From: Candidatus Borrarchaeum weybense
GTDB lineage: Archaea > Asgardarchaeota > Sifarchaeia > Borrarchaeales > Borrarchaeaceae
Length of the DNA: 64,000 nt
Direction of reading: 5' to 3'
Assembly (NCBI GenBank): GCA_019057385.1
Contig: JAHQJS010000004.1
Location: 1-64,000 of the forward strand
Shown here: piece after piece, positions 9,133 to 19,528 of the stretch
How the letters are laid out: each line of letters opens with the position of its first letter
Position numbering within the stretch: position 1 is the first letter of the stretch
Program-made: the position numbers and the translations under genes
Notes under the pieces: model-generated
Databases searched by the model: none
Told to the model about the DNA's origin: nothing
Seen by the model: the letters and a program-made list of their open reading frames with translations, nothing else

Positions 9133-10632
9133 TCACCACAACTGGGAATGGTAGATATATATCTCCTCAATCCCAGAACCAAAAGTTTTCTCTAAGACAT
9201 AATTCTCAAGAATCCACTCAAATACGATTTTTACTTCTACAGCCCTAATTTCGTCATTGAAAAAATTGCGATATGTTTCCTCATTGAAACGCCATCTTAC
9301 AGAGTATTGATCAAATATTATATACCTAATTTGCCTGCTTTCCAAAAATTGTGGCAGATCACTTATTCCAAATGACTCTATATTTCCTGCAGATAGTTGT
9401 GCAAGCTTATATTTATTTTCACGATCTGTTAGTAAATAATAAGCAGCATCCGGTGAAAGTATGGTTTCATCTGGAGAAGTATGTGATTTTATATAATCTG
9501 CTGCCTCAATTTGATATGGAAGACCGTGAGCATATTTCATATCTGAGTACAGAGAGACCCCATACATTAACGATCCAATAAGAGCAAATGACACCAGAAG
9601 CCATTTAATAGTACTAGCCAAAGCTATGCTTTGAGAGTTTCCTTTAACGATATTTTCATGTATATTAATTAACTTCTCAACAAAAATACCACCTAATAGG
9701 CTAATAGCGGGCATTCCTTGAATGTAATAATGATCGTAGGGAGTACTCATAACTATGATGACTAAAAATGAGATCAGAAACCATGCCACTAAGAAAAAAT
9801 CGTATTGTTTTCTCCTTTCAAGTGCAAACAGGGCTCCTCCTAGCCCAACAATCCAGAGGATTACGTTTTGTAAGAAAACTTGATTAATAAAGATCTCTAG
9901 GGTCTTAAAGAGTGTAAAACCATAAGAATATGATAGTTTGTATAAAATGATATCGTAAACGGCATCAGTTAAAGCATTGACAGCCTGAAAGTAGATTATT
10001 ATGGGAATTATACTTATCAGGACGCCGATAATTAGCATTCCAATTGACTGAAGTAATCTCTTCGGAGTATCTCTATTATAAAAACGATGAAGAATGATAA
10101 CAACAAGCAATATTGCACCTGTCTGCCTCATAATTGCTGAGAGTCCGATGAGGCTTCCCACAAAAAGATAATGCCTATAACTATTTTTTTCATGTGCTGG
10201 AATGTAGAAATATACTGCCAGAACTATAAAAAAAATCATAAATGTCTCAGTGAATACTATTGTGCTATAATGTAAAGAAATTGGCTCGAATTCATATAAA
10301 ATGGCGGAAATTAGGCCCATTAAAGGATTATTTATCTTTACTCCAATCTTAAATATAATTAGTGCTGTAAGGATGCTTAAAAACATGGATAGTATTCGTA
10401 CAGCAAATATGTTTTTTCCAAAGAGAAAGAAAATGAAGGCTGCGATGAAAAATACCCCTGGAGCCTTTTCATTAAAAAGATCACGATATAGTACTCTGCC
10501 TTTAACTATCATCCATCCAAAATATAGAAAGGATCCCTCATCTCCCCTTACGGCTCTAAAAAGTGTTATACTTCTAATTATAAATCCAAATATCAAAATT
10601 GCCATTAATAGATAATGACTTTTTCTATCCAA
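9133..10632 (-). CDS. GT-C (PMT/ArnT, GT39/GT83-like) membrane glycosyltransferase
   Basis: DE motif after TM1 (GDEGSF), YRDLFNEKAPG, many TM helices, HYY. Confidence 0.8.
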   Translation of the reverse strand: MDRKSHYLLMAILIFGFIIRSITLFRAVRGDEGSFLYFGWMIVKGRVLYRDLFNEKAPGVFFIAAFIFFLFGKNIFAVRILSMFLSILTALIIFKIGVKINNPLMGLISAILYEFEPISLHYSTIVFTETFMIFFIVLAVYFYIPAHEKNSYRHYLFVGSLIGLSAIMRQTGAILLVVIILHRFYNRDTPKRLLQSIGMLIIGVLISIIPIIIYFQAVNALTDAVYDIILYKLSYSYGFTLFKTLEIFINQVFLQNVILWIVGLGGALFALERRKQYDFFLVAWFLISFLVIIVMSTPYDHYYIQGMPAISLLGGIFVEKLINIHENIVKGNSQSIALASTIKWLLVSFALIGSLMYGVSLYSDMKYAHGLPYQIEAADYIKSHTSPDETILSPDAAYYLLTDRENKYKLAQLSAGNIESFGISDLPQFLESRQIRYIIFDQYSVRWRFNEETYRNFFNDEIRAVEVKIVFEWILENYVLEKTFGSGIEEIYIYHSQLW

Positions 10633-10932
10633 CAGATTCTGAAGCCGATTAGATAGTGAAATGGATAAAATGCCTCCAGAAAGCGGTGAGTTTTTCGGAA
10701 GTCAGTTTGCAAGACTTTTTCGCAGTGAATATATATACTTTGTGTTTTTGTATCCGTTTTAGGATATTCTAGACACATTATCTTATGTAATTTCTTGAAT
10801 AAAGAGGTTTGTTCTTTTCTTGGCTACTTTTTTAGCACCCACTATTGACTCAATCTTTATTAAAATTATGTGAATTTTGTGAGAAAAAATAGTTAAAAGA
10901 GTACTTGCAAAAGGGGAAAAGAGGTTTGTCTC

Positions 10933-11358
10933 TTGCAAAAAGGTCAAATTCATAGAAAAGGCGAAATTACTCTAAATCAAATTATAAATGAGATTAAACA
11001 AAATCCTGACATTTACAAATCAGGAGGAATTGCTTGTTTCATTGGAATTGTCAGAGGGGTCGATGAACAAGGGGACAAAGTCACCAAACTCGCATTTGAA
11101 ACCTATGAGGAGAAAGCAAACGAAGTACTACAAACGATTTGTAATGAATTGATAGAAAGAGATGGAATCATAGACGTTCATATTCATCACATCATCGATG
11201 AATTGGATGTCTCGGAAGATATCGTTTATGTCGTAATCGCTGGAGGTCATAGATTTGATCTTTGGCCAACATTACGCGATGCCGTTGAACGATTTAAAGA
11301 AGAGGCACCTATCTGGAAAAAGGAGTTTACTATTTCAGGAAGCGAATGGATTCATTAA
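10933..11358 (+). CDS. moaE: Molybdopterin synthase catalytic subunit
   Basis: GGIACFIGIVR, HR, KEEAPIWKKE. Confidence 0.92.
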   Translation: MQKGQIHRKGEITLNQIINEIKQNPDIYKSGGIACFIGIVRGVDEQGDKVTKLAFETYEEKANEVLQTICNELIERDGIIDVHIHHIIDELDVSEDIVYVVIAGGHRFDLWPTLRDAVERFKEEAPIWKKEFTISGSEWIH

Positions 11359-11481
11359 TAATAAAACTTCTGATCTCAAAACTGAAGCAAAAAATTAAAT
11401 AATTAGACATTCTTTTACGATGTGTTATTCCCTTGTCTAGAGATGTTTGATTCTGCACTCCATTATTGTGCGGGGGTCAAT

Positions 11482-11680
11482 GCGGGGGTTGGTAGTGCAT
11501 AATTGCATTATCACCCATGGCCGAGCGGTCAAAGGCGATGGACGTGAAAACAGATCGTTTTCGGGTCGAAGCTCAAGATCGATTAATAATAACGCCGATG
11601 AAAGACCCATTGACGTAGGTCTTCGTGGGTTCGAATTTCCGTGGCGATAAATCGCTAGAACGAAAATCCCATCCCCCGCA
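11482..11680 (+). tRNA. tRNA-Leu(CAA) with four predicted introns: 8/9 (11490-11518), 30/31 (11542-11570), 37/38 (11578-11604), 59/60 (11636-11666)
   Basis: Joined exons give an 83-nt class II cloverleaf: GCGGGGG/CCCCCGC acceptor, GCC/GGC D stem, ATGGG/CCCAT anticodon stem with loop CT-CAA-GA, long variable arm, GTGGG-TTCGAAT-CCCAT, discriminator A; each insert folds as a hairpin with BHB-type junctions. Confidence 0.85.
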
Positions 11681-11834
11681 CTCATTATTTATCGATGTTT
11701 GCACAATTGAGATCACTGTTTTTAATCTGCTAAAAGTCTATAACTGTATGAAGTGAAGTCATATCAACGAAAGTGTCTATTCATTTCAAAATAGATTTTC
11801 AAAATACAACTACCATTAACTGGAGGTCTTTAAT

Positions 11835-12326
11835 TTGAAGATTGGTGTAATAAGTGATACCCATGACAATTTAGATGCAATAAAGAGAGCAGTTGCTTAC
11901 TTTGCTAAGGAAGTAGAGTTAATTATCCATGCTGGAGATGTTGTCGCACCTTTTTCTGCTAAGATATTCAAAGAGGCAGGTAATATTCCTGTCTATGGAG
12001 TACTGGGTAATAACGATGGAGAGTTATTAACTATTGAAGTTTTTAACAAACTGGGTGGGAATGTAAAACGTCAATTTAATTCATTCACATGGGATAACAG
12101 ACGCATTGCTGTAATGCATGGTGAAATGCTAGAAGTTATCAAAGCACTTATTCTATCGAAAATGTATGATATAGTGATCAGCGGACATACGCACGATCCA
12201 AAAATTGAGAAAAAAGATGGCGTGCTTCACGTGAATCCGGGGGAAAATTGTGGGTATCTTACTGGAAAATCAACAATTGCTATTATCGACACCGCCACTT
12301 TAACTGCAGAAATTATTGAGGTCTAA
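11835..12326 (+). CDS. YfcE/MJ0936 (Vps29-like) metallophosphoesterase
   Basis: SDTH, HAGD, GNND, HG, GHTH, NPG. Confidence 0.92.
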   Translation: MKIGVISDTHDNLDAIKRAVAYFAKEVELIIHAGDVVAPFSAKIFKEAGNIPVYGVLGNNDGELLTIEVFNKLGGNVKRQFNSFTWDNRRIAVMHGEMLEVIKALILSKMYDIVISGHTHDPKIEKKDGVLHVNPGENCGYLTGKSTIAIIDTATLTAEIIEV

Positions 12327-12350
12327 ATAATCTATTGGTGATGTTAATTC

Positions 12351-13547
12351 TTGAAAGAGAATATAAATCAGATTTTAGATTCATTTCTGTATCCCAAAGC
12401 GCTTATTGAGCGACTTATAGCCCAATATGGAGTGAAACGAACATATTCATTGCTAGATGCTTTGAAAAAACCTGTCACTCAGTATACATTACGAGTTAAT
12501 ACACTAAAGTGCACTGCTGACGAACTAATTGATCAATTTGCGGAAGAGGATATCGATGCTCATCAACACCCTTGTTATGATGACGTTGTCCAAATAAAAC
12601 TTAGCGGTCCCAATGAACTTCCCGTTCATCCAAAAACCGTGACGGTGGATAAATTTGCAGCAGAGTCGGTCATGTTAGGTGCACATTTGTATGCTCCTGG
12701 TGCTCTGCGCTCTAAAAAAACACTTTCGGGAGATAAGGTATCTGTAGTAGATAAGTACGATCATCACGTTGGCAGCGGAATATCTAGAATGACCTCCAGA
12801 GAAATGCTTGAGGCGAAAAAAGGTATTGCAGTCGACATAACTCACTCAATGTATACTTTACCACACTTAAGAGAAACTAAGGCTTATGAGAAAGGTTTGT
12901 TCTACAGCCAAAGCCTGCCAGCAATCCTCACATCAAAAATTTTAGACCCTAGACCTGGTGAGACTATTATCGATATGAATGCTGCACCAGGGGGAAAAGT
13001 AACTCATATTGCGCAGTTGATCTTAGATGATGGAAAAATTATTGCGATAGACCGTTCAAAGCCCAAAATCAAGCGTATGCGACGCCATTGCGAACGACTA
13101 GGAATCAATTCAATTAAGGTAATTCCTGGGGATTCATGCAAACTTCAAACACTATTACCTTCGGTGGAAGCTGATAGAATTCTTATTGATCCACCCTGTA
13201 GTGCGTTAGGTGTTCGCCCAAAACTCTATGAAATCTGGCAAGTAGATGAGCTCGATGCGTTAGCTAGATATCAAAGACGATTTATCAAGGAAGCCATTAA
13301 TGTGCTAAAACCTGAGGGTATTTTAGTCTATAGTACTTGCACATTGACTCAAGAAGAAAACGAGTTTAATATGAAATCTGCATATACGGAATTAGGATTA
13401 GAAATCATGTCACATGAGCCATTTGAAGGAGTCAGTGGTGAACTATCAAGTGATTTTCCGCAAACAGAAACAGAAAAACTTCAACGTTTTTATCCTGATA
13501 TTCATGATACACCTGGCTTCTTCATCGGCAAGTTAAAAAAACCCTAG
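12351..13547 (+). CDS. RsmB/NOP2 family RNA m5C methyltransferase with PUA domain (NSUN6-like)
   Basis: LRVNTLK, PUA region (GAHLYAPG), DMNAAPGGK, DPPCS, YSTCT. Confidence 0.9.
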   Translation: MKENINQILDSFLYPKALIERLIAQYGVKRTYSLLDALKKPVTQYTLRVNTLKCTADELIDQFAEEDIDAHQHPCYDDVVQIKLSGPNELPVHPKTVTVDKFAAESVMLGAHLYAPGALRSKKTLSGDKVSVVDKYDHHVGSGISRMTSREMLEAKKGIAVDITHSMYTLPHLRETKAYEKGLFYSQSLPAILTSKILDPRPGETIIDMNAAPGGKVTHIAQLILDDGKIIAIDRSKPKIKRMRRHCERLGINSIKVIPGDSCKLQTLLPSVEADRILIDPPCSALGVRPKLYEIWQVDELDALARYQRRFIKEAINVLKPEGILVYSTCTLTQEENEFNMKSAYTELGLEIMSHEPFEGVSGELSSDFPQTETEKLQRFYPDIHDTPGFFIGKLKKP

Positions 13548-13594
13548 ACAAAGAATTGAATACTAAAGAAAAAAATTTTGAAGAGCTTGTAAAC

Positions 13595-13939
13595 TTAAGG
13601 AGTCATTCTCTTAACTACGAGAAGCTTTGAAGGCTTGTTATATTCAACACCATGCGCTACACCAGAAGGAATATGAAGTGCAGTTCCATTTTTTAGCGTA
13701 ATAGTCTTATTTTCATATTTTAAAGTGCCTGATCCTTCAATGATAAAAATAATCTCTTCTTCGTCATGTGTATGTTTCTCATGACCTGCTCCAACTCCTG
13801 CCTCAAGGTAAGTAGTTGATAATTTGCTATCTCCTTTTCCAGCCACAAGAAATCGCCCTAAGAAACCTGGATACGCTATTTTCTTTGGAGGAATGTCCTC
13901 AAGATAAATATACTGGATCTTCTCTTCCAAAATTTTCAC
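13595..13939 (-). CDS. Cupin domain protein
   Basis: HTHDEEE...G and IPSGVAH cupin motifs. Confidence 0.85.
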   Translation of the reverse strand: MKILEEKIQYIYLEDIPPKKIAYPGFLGRFLVAGKGDSKLSTTYLEAGVGAGHEKHTHDEEEIIFIIEGSGTLKYENKTITLKNGTALHIPSGVAHGVEYNKPSKLLVVKRMTP

Positions 13940-13960
13940 CTCGTAAGATGCACTACAGAA

Positions 13961-14497
13961 TCATTTATTCCGTTCTTTAAATTTTCTATCATAAGGACGT
14001 CTTTTCATCTTTGTCCCACAAATCTCACAAAATATCTGTTTCCCTTTGGTATTATACATTTCAATCGATTGAAAGCAAGAAGGACAATATAACTCCCATT
14101 TGATTTCGTAACGAATTCCAGCAGTTGAATAAGCCTTGCTTTCAATTCTCAATCGTGAAGCTACGTTTTGAACTGAATAATCATCAGTAAGAATTACAAC
14201 TTCGTGTCCCTTATCTTTAAATTCAAGCGCAAGTGAAAGAATCTTTATATCTGTATCCGACAATACAACAATATCACCGCTTTTTTCAGCTGCTTGTTGA
14301 ATCTTATCAATTGCAGTTGCAGAAGGCCGCCCGATCTTTATTGTTTTGTTTTCTATAGCCATTTCAATTCGAAGCTTGCTTCGAGAGTCCTTAATTTCAT
14401 CAATAACTTCTGCTACGGTCCATAGAGACCTATCTATGATATTTGGATCAAGACCACTGATTAAAGCTGTTGCATCTAAAATGAATACCTTTGACAT
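13961..14497 (-). CDS. nob1: Endoribonuclease Nob1 (PIN + zinc ribbon)
   Basis: LDATA, LSDTDI, TDDYSVQNVA, CPSC/CEICG. Confidence 0.93.
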   Translation of the reverse strand: MSKVFILDATALISGLDPNIIDRSLWTVAEVIDEIKDSRSKLRIEMAIENKTIKIGRPSATAIDKIQQAAEKSGDIVVLSDTDIKILSLALEFKDKGHEVVILTDDYSVQNVASRLRIESKAYSTAGIRYEIKWELYCPSCFQSIEMYNTKGKQIFCEICGTKMKRRPYDRKFKERNK

Positions 14498-14531
14498 AAT
14501 TGATACTCCTAATAAGAGAACGCTAATTTAA

Positions 14532-15227
14532 TCAGCGGCGATGTATCGTAGTTCCTATCTTCTCACCTTTTACTGCTCTGAGGATATTCATTGGATCGCT
14601 TCCGTTAATGATCTTTGTTGGAATACTTGATCGCAAAACTATTTTTAGAGCAACTAGATCGAACAAGGCATATTCTCCAGCTCGTGAGCCTTTTTTAATG
14701 ATGAGCTCTTGAAACTCGTCATAATCTAGTTCATCAATTTTCTGTGCGGATGGATCCTTTTTTGGGTCGTCAGTGTACACTCCATCAACAGAAGTTGCAT
14801 TGATAAGCATATCAGATCGCGTATATTCCGCAACCACTGCAGCAACAGCATTTGTGCTTTGACCTGGCTGTAATCCTCCCATGACAATTATTTTATCGGT
14901 TGTGAGAGCCTTTGCTAATTCAGGGATTTCTCTTGGAGGACATGGATAAGCAGTCTTTCCTAATGCAGCGATCAACAAAATCGCATTAATTCGTGAGACA
15001 TGTATTCCCATCATATCAGATTGTGCTTCGGGCATATTGAACATATTAAGTACCTTAATGTAGTTTCGTGCAACCTTCCCACCACCAACAACTACACATA
15101 AATTCATACCGTCATTCTTAAGTGTTGACAATACTTGAGCATATTCAGATATTCTGTCTACATTGACGTCTCCGTTCTCCTTAAAAATAAGTGACCCGCC
15201 AATTTTCACTACAACACTTTTAACCAT
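14532..15227 (-). CDS. pyrH: UMP kinase
   Basis: KIGGS, VVGGG..AR.YI, PGQSTNAVAA, VDGVY..DP. Confidence 0.95.
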   Translation of the reverse strand: MVKSVVVKIGGSLIFKENGDVNVDRISEYAQVLSTLKNDGMNLCVVVGGGKVARNYIKVLNMFNMPEAQSDMMGIHVSRINAILLIAALGKTAYPCPPREIPELAKALTTDKIIVMGGLQPGQSTNAVAAVVAEYTRSDMLINATSVDGVYTDDPKKDPSAQKIDELDYDEFQELIIKKGSRAGEYALFDLVALKIVLRSSIPTKIINGSDPMNILRAVKGEKIGTTIHRR

Positions 15228-15438
15228 TTTTTACTACTCCTAGTTTCACTCTAAAATAAGCAAGTCAACTTTAAATAATGCAAAGGATTCTTAAATATCC
15301 AGATGGTTTTTCTCTTACGACAAGATACTAAATTGCATTTGCAAAATCCGTTTATCTTTAATTGATTGGCAATCTTGCATAAGATAGTAATTGTAGAGAA
15401 CAATAAGCTAATTTCATAGATTAAGTGGATGCGCAAAA

Positions 15439-16707
15439 ATGTCAAAATCAAAATCTAAGTCGCTTGAACGCTACAAAACACGAAAACTCTTAGAAGAATT
15501 GGCGGAAAAAAAAGGTTATGGTACAGAACTAATTTCACTTTATATTCCGCAGGGAAAGCAGATTAGTGATGTCTCAAATTATCTGAAGCAGGAATATGGA
15601 ACTGCGACGAACATCAAATCCAAGACTACTCAAAAAAATGTCCAAAGTGCAATCGTGACAATCCAGCAGAAACTGAAAATAATCCCACAAAGTCTGATCG
15701 ATGAGTACTCAATTGTGATCTTTGCTGGTGCTATTCCACAAAACGGAGGTCCAGGTACGGAAAGAATGGAAATTTATCCCATCGTACCCCCGGAACCGAT
15801 CAATATTTATATGTATCGTTGTGCTAGTGAGTTTGTATTGGATCCGTTACGCGAAACATTATTGGAAAAAGACTCTTATGGACTTATTGCTATGGATAGG
15901 AGCGAAGCAATTATTGGGGAGCTTCGAGGTTCTCACTTGGAAATTCACCATCGATTAACTTCCGGAGTTCATGGCAAACATCGAGCAGGAGGTCAATCTC
16001 AGAGACGTTATGAAAGAGTTATCGAGCAACAAGTTCACGAATTTTTCGTCAGAGTGGGCGAATATGCTTCACAAATATATTTGGGTATTCCAGATTTCAA
16101 AGGCCTGTTCGTTGGAGGACCTGGACCTACTAAAGAAGATTTTGTAAATAAGGATTATCTCGATTACCGTGTTAAAGAGAAGTTATTAGGAACTTCTGAC
16201 CTCTCTTATTCTGGAGAACAAGGTCTTAAGGAACTAATATCAAAAATTGAACCCAAAATTAGCGATGTTCGCTACGTTGAGGAAAAAAAACTCGTCCAAC
16301 GATTCTTAAGGCATTTAGCGAAGGAAACAGGTCGCGCAATCTACGGTGAAAAAGAAGTAAGAGAATACTTAGAGCAGGGTGCAGTAGCCATCCTTCTCTT
16401 ATCAGAGGCTCTGGACATCATTAGGGTAACGATATCATGCGAATCCTGTGGACATATTAGAGAAAAAACTATTCATGAGAAGGAATTGGCAGCATTAAAC
16501 GATTCCCTCGCATCAGAAGAATGTCCTCAATGTTCAAGTTCGTTATTTTCGGTTAGCGAAACAAAGAAGCTCATTGAGGATCTTGCAGAGATTGCAGAGA
16601 ATGTAGGGGCTAGAGTAGAAGTTATTTCAGCGGAAACAGAAGAAGGTGCTGAATTGTGGAATGCCTTTAAGGGTATAGCTGGAATTTTGAGATATACTCC
16701 AAGCTAA
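15439..16707 (+). CDS. prf1: Peptide chain release factor aRF1
   Basis: NIKS, YRCASEF (YxCxxxF), GGQS motifs. Confidence 0.97.
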   Translation: MSKSKSKSLERYKTRKLLEELAEKKGYGTELISLYIPQGKQISDVSNYLKQEYGTATNIKSKTTQKNVQSAIVTIQQKLKIIPQSLIDEYSIVIFAGAIPQNGGPGTERMEIYPIVPPEPINIYMYRCASEFVLDPLRETLLEKDSYGLIAMDRSEAIIGELRGSHLEIHHRLTSGVHGKHRAGGQSQRRYERVIEQQVHEFFVRVGEYASQIYLGIPDFKGLFVGGPGPTKEDFVNKDYLDYRVKEKLLGTSDLSYSGEQGLKELISKIEPKISDVRYVEEKKLVQRFLRHLAKETGRAIYGEKEVREYLEQGAVAILLLSEALDIIRVTISCESCGHIREKTIHEKELAALNDSLASEECPQCSSSLFSVSETKKLIEDLAEIAENVGARVEVISAETEEGAELWNAFKGIAGILRYTPS

Positions 16708-17006
16708 GCTAAATAAAACAGTCTAGTTTGTTTTATGGATGCTTTGAATAAAATTGAAGAAATAAACATTAAAAAACCTTATAAAGATTCATAAGTTTAG
16801 TAGAAGAAAACCCATAAACTGACATCTTCGGAGGGCTTGATATCGTACTATTTGCCAAAAAATTCAAGACTTTTAACCTCAAGAAATAGGTTTCTCCAAC
16901 GAAATGAGACCTCCGAAATACTAAGATATGTTGATGGGGCTAATAAATCCAAGTTTACATATTTTTTGCTTTCAATCTTTTATTTTGGATTTAGAAATGA
17001 TAGAAG

Positions 17007-19478
17007 GTGCATTCATTGGCAAAATTAAAACCAAAAATCAAAGCGAAGCGATGGAGTCCGGAAATTGAAGAAGAAATAGTGGAACTTTGGGAAAAGGAAT
17101 CAACATTCGCATATGATCGCGATTCAAATAAGACATTTTTTAGTGTGGACACGCCACCGCCGTATGCTAGTGGCACCCCACACATGGGTTTCGGCGTTCA
17201 TTATGCGCAGATCGATATGGTGGCTAGATATTCTCGAATGAAAAATCAAGAAGTTATATTTCCTATGGGCGTGGATCGAAATGGTCTTCCAATCGAAGTG
17301 CAAACGGAAAAGGAGTATGGTATTTCCATGCGTGAGACTCCTCGTGACAAATTCATTGACTTATGTAGACAATTGCTTGACAAGTATGAGGATCAAATAA
17401 TAAATCTGGCAAAAAGACTTGGTTTAAGCTGTTTTTCGTTTGCTAAAGATCAAGTGTATCGCACAGATGATCCAAAGTATCGGCAACTTACCCAGGCGAC
17501 TTTTGTGAAGTTATGGAAAGATGGCTTGGTCTATGAGGCGAAACGACCAAACAATTGGTGTAAGACTTGCGGTACAACAATTGCGGATGCAGAAATCGAA
17601 TATAAGGAGATCGAATCTACTTTAAGCTATATTAAATTCAGAGTTGCGGAAACAGATCAGGATCTTATTATAGCTACAACTAGACCAGAACTTTTAGCGG
17701 CATGTAAAGCTGTTTTGGTGCATCCACTTGATCAGAGGTATGAAAATATTCACAATATGACTGCAATAGTCCCAATTTACGATACAAAAGTTCCGATAAT
17801 TCCTCATCTTGAAGCAAAAATGGAATTTGGAACAGGAGCCGTTATGATTTGTTCATATGGAGACTACACTGATGTGCGGCTCTTCCGGGAACTTCGCTTA
17901 GAACCTGTCGAGGCTATATCTCCAGAAGGAAAAATGACTTCCGCAGCTGTAGAACTTGAAGGATTAACAGCTAAGGAAGCTCAAGAAAAAATTGTAGAAA
18001 TGCTCAAAGCAAAAGATCTTCTAGAAAAAAGTGAACTCACACTACATCGGACACCCATCTGTTGGCGTTCAAAAGATATCGTTGAGTTTATCTCAATGCC
18101 TGAGTACTATTTAAAACAAGAGGAATTTGTCCCTGAATTACTTGATTTAGCGGAACAAATGACTTGGCATCCCATAACAGCAAAACAATATTGGTTGAAT
18201 TGGCTGAATTCTGTTTCAATAGATTGGCCAGTTAGCCGCCGCAGATATTATGGTACGGAATTGCCACTTTACTACTGTAATTCATGTGGAGAACCTATTA
18301 TTGCTGAGACAAACAAATATATCCAGCCATGGAGAGATCCTCCGCCCTTTGATATGTGTCCGCATTGTAATGCATCAGAAGGCTTTCGTGGAGAAGATCG
18401 TACCTTTGATACATGGATGGATTCGGCTATAAGTCCTTTATACATCACTGGATACCTACGGGATTCTGAATTATTTCAGAAAGCATTCCCGTGCGGCGTT
18501 AGACCACAAGGAAAAGATATTATTCGCACATGGTTTCATTATACAATGCTACGGGTATATCAGCTTACCAAACAACCGGCATTTAAGAACGCCTGGATCA
18601 GCGGTATGGTCGTCGATGAACATGGTGAAGCAATGCACAAATCTAAAGGAAATATTGTTAATCCAGTGCCATTAATTGAGAAGTATGGATCCGACGCAAT
18701 ACGAATGTGGGGTTCTGTTGAATCATCACTGGGATCTGATATACGCTATTCGACAGAAAGACTAGAAGGAGCTTTCAAATTCATAACAAAATTGTGGAAT
18801 ATTGCTCGTTTCGTTTCATCTTTTCCAACAGTTGAAGCTAATGGAAACTTTACTCTCACATCTACAGACAAGCTTATTCTTTCAGAGTTAAACAAAGTCA
18901 TAAAAGAAGCAAAAAGCGCTGATGAATTTGATTTCCATGGTACTGCAGTCAAGGTAAGGTCATTTATATGGAATATATTCGCCGATCATTTCATTGAGCT
19001 CGTAAAGTCACGTTGTTATAACCGTGATCAAAAATTTAGCGAAGAGAAAATGCGAGGTGCGTGGTTTACGCTCCATACTGTGCTCCAAACTGTCTTAAAG
19101 CTTCTTGCTCCCATTATCCCCTTTGTTACTGAAAAAATCTGGAGAGAAATCTATTCACCTGAGACAAGCATTCATACACAATCATACCCGAAAGAGAACT
19201 CTGAGTGGGAAGATGAACTTGGTCTTCTTTCAGAACCCTTATTTGCCCTCAATAGCACGATTTGGAAATTCAAGAAAGATGAAAAACAATCACTACGAGC
19301 GCCCATCCCAGAACTTTGGATATCTAAAGAATTTGAACCCTTCAAAAATGATTTACAATACATGCATAGCGTTGAGATACTTAGATTCGGAAACCCTACT
19401 TCAGTAGACCAGCTTGAGTCACGAGAACTCGATACAGCAAATTTATCTTCGAAAAAATTATGGATTTCAAAGCTCTAG
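17007..19478 (+). CDS. valS: Valyl-tRNA synthetase (archaeal type)
   Basis: DTPPPY, HMGF (HIGH variant), ATTRPE, FGTGAVM, DWPVSRRRYYG, DTWMDS, AMHKS (KMSKS variant). Confidence 0.93.
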   Translation: MHSLAKLKPKIKAKRWSPEIEEEIVELWEKESTFAYDRDSNKTFFSVDTPPPYASGTPHMGFGVHYAQIDMVARYSRMKNQEVIFPMGVDRNGLPIEVQTEKEYGISMRETPRDKFIDLCRQLLDKYEDQIINLAKRLGLSCFSFAKDQVYRTDDPKYRQLTQATFVKLWKDGLVYEAKRPNNWCKTCGTTIADAEIEYKEIESTLSYIKFRVAETDQDLIIATTRPELLAACKAVLVHPLDQRYENIHNMTAIVPIYDTKVPIIPHLEAKMEFGTGAVMICSYGDYTDVRLFRELRLEPVEAISPEGKMTSAAVELEGLTAKEAQEKIVEMLKAKDLLEKSELTLHRTPICWRSKDIVEFISMPEYYLKQEEFVPELLDLAEQMTWHPITAKQYWLNWLNSVSIDWPVSRRRYYGTELPLYYCNSCGEPIIAETNKYIQPWRDPPPFDMCPHCNASEGFRGEDRTFDTWMDSAISPLYITGYLRDSELFQKAFPCGVRPQGKDIIRTWFHYTMLRVYQLTKQPAFKNAWISGMVVDEHGEAMHKSKGNIVNPVPLIEKYGSDAIRMWGSVESSLGSDIRYSTERLEGAFKFITKLWNIARFVSSFPTVEANGNFTLTSTDKLILSELNKVIKEAKSADEFDFHGTAVKVRSFIWNIFADHFIELVKSRCYNRDQKFSEEKMRGAWFTLHTVLQTVLKLLAPIIPFVTEKIWREIYSPETSIHTQSYPKENSEWEDELGLLSEPLFALNSTIWKFKKDEKQSLRAPIPELWISKEFEPFKNDLQYMHSVEILRFGNPTSVDQLESRELDTANLSSKKLWISKL

Positions 19479-19528
19479 CCTCTGTAATGAGATATAAATC
19501 TACTAGGACCTATCTCACCCGCTCAAAA

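Noticed and set aside
11437-11685. ORFs 11437-11685 (-) and 11447-11650 (+)
   Set aside because: They overlie the tRNA-Leu gene; spurious
17007-19478. HMGF/AMHKS signature deviations in ValRS as a sign of inactivation
   Set aside because: Similar variants occur in archaeal ValRS and the rest of the enzyme is intact
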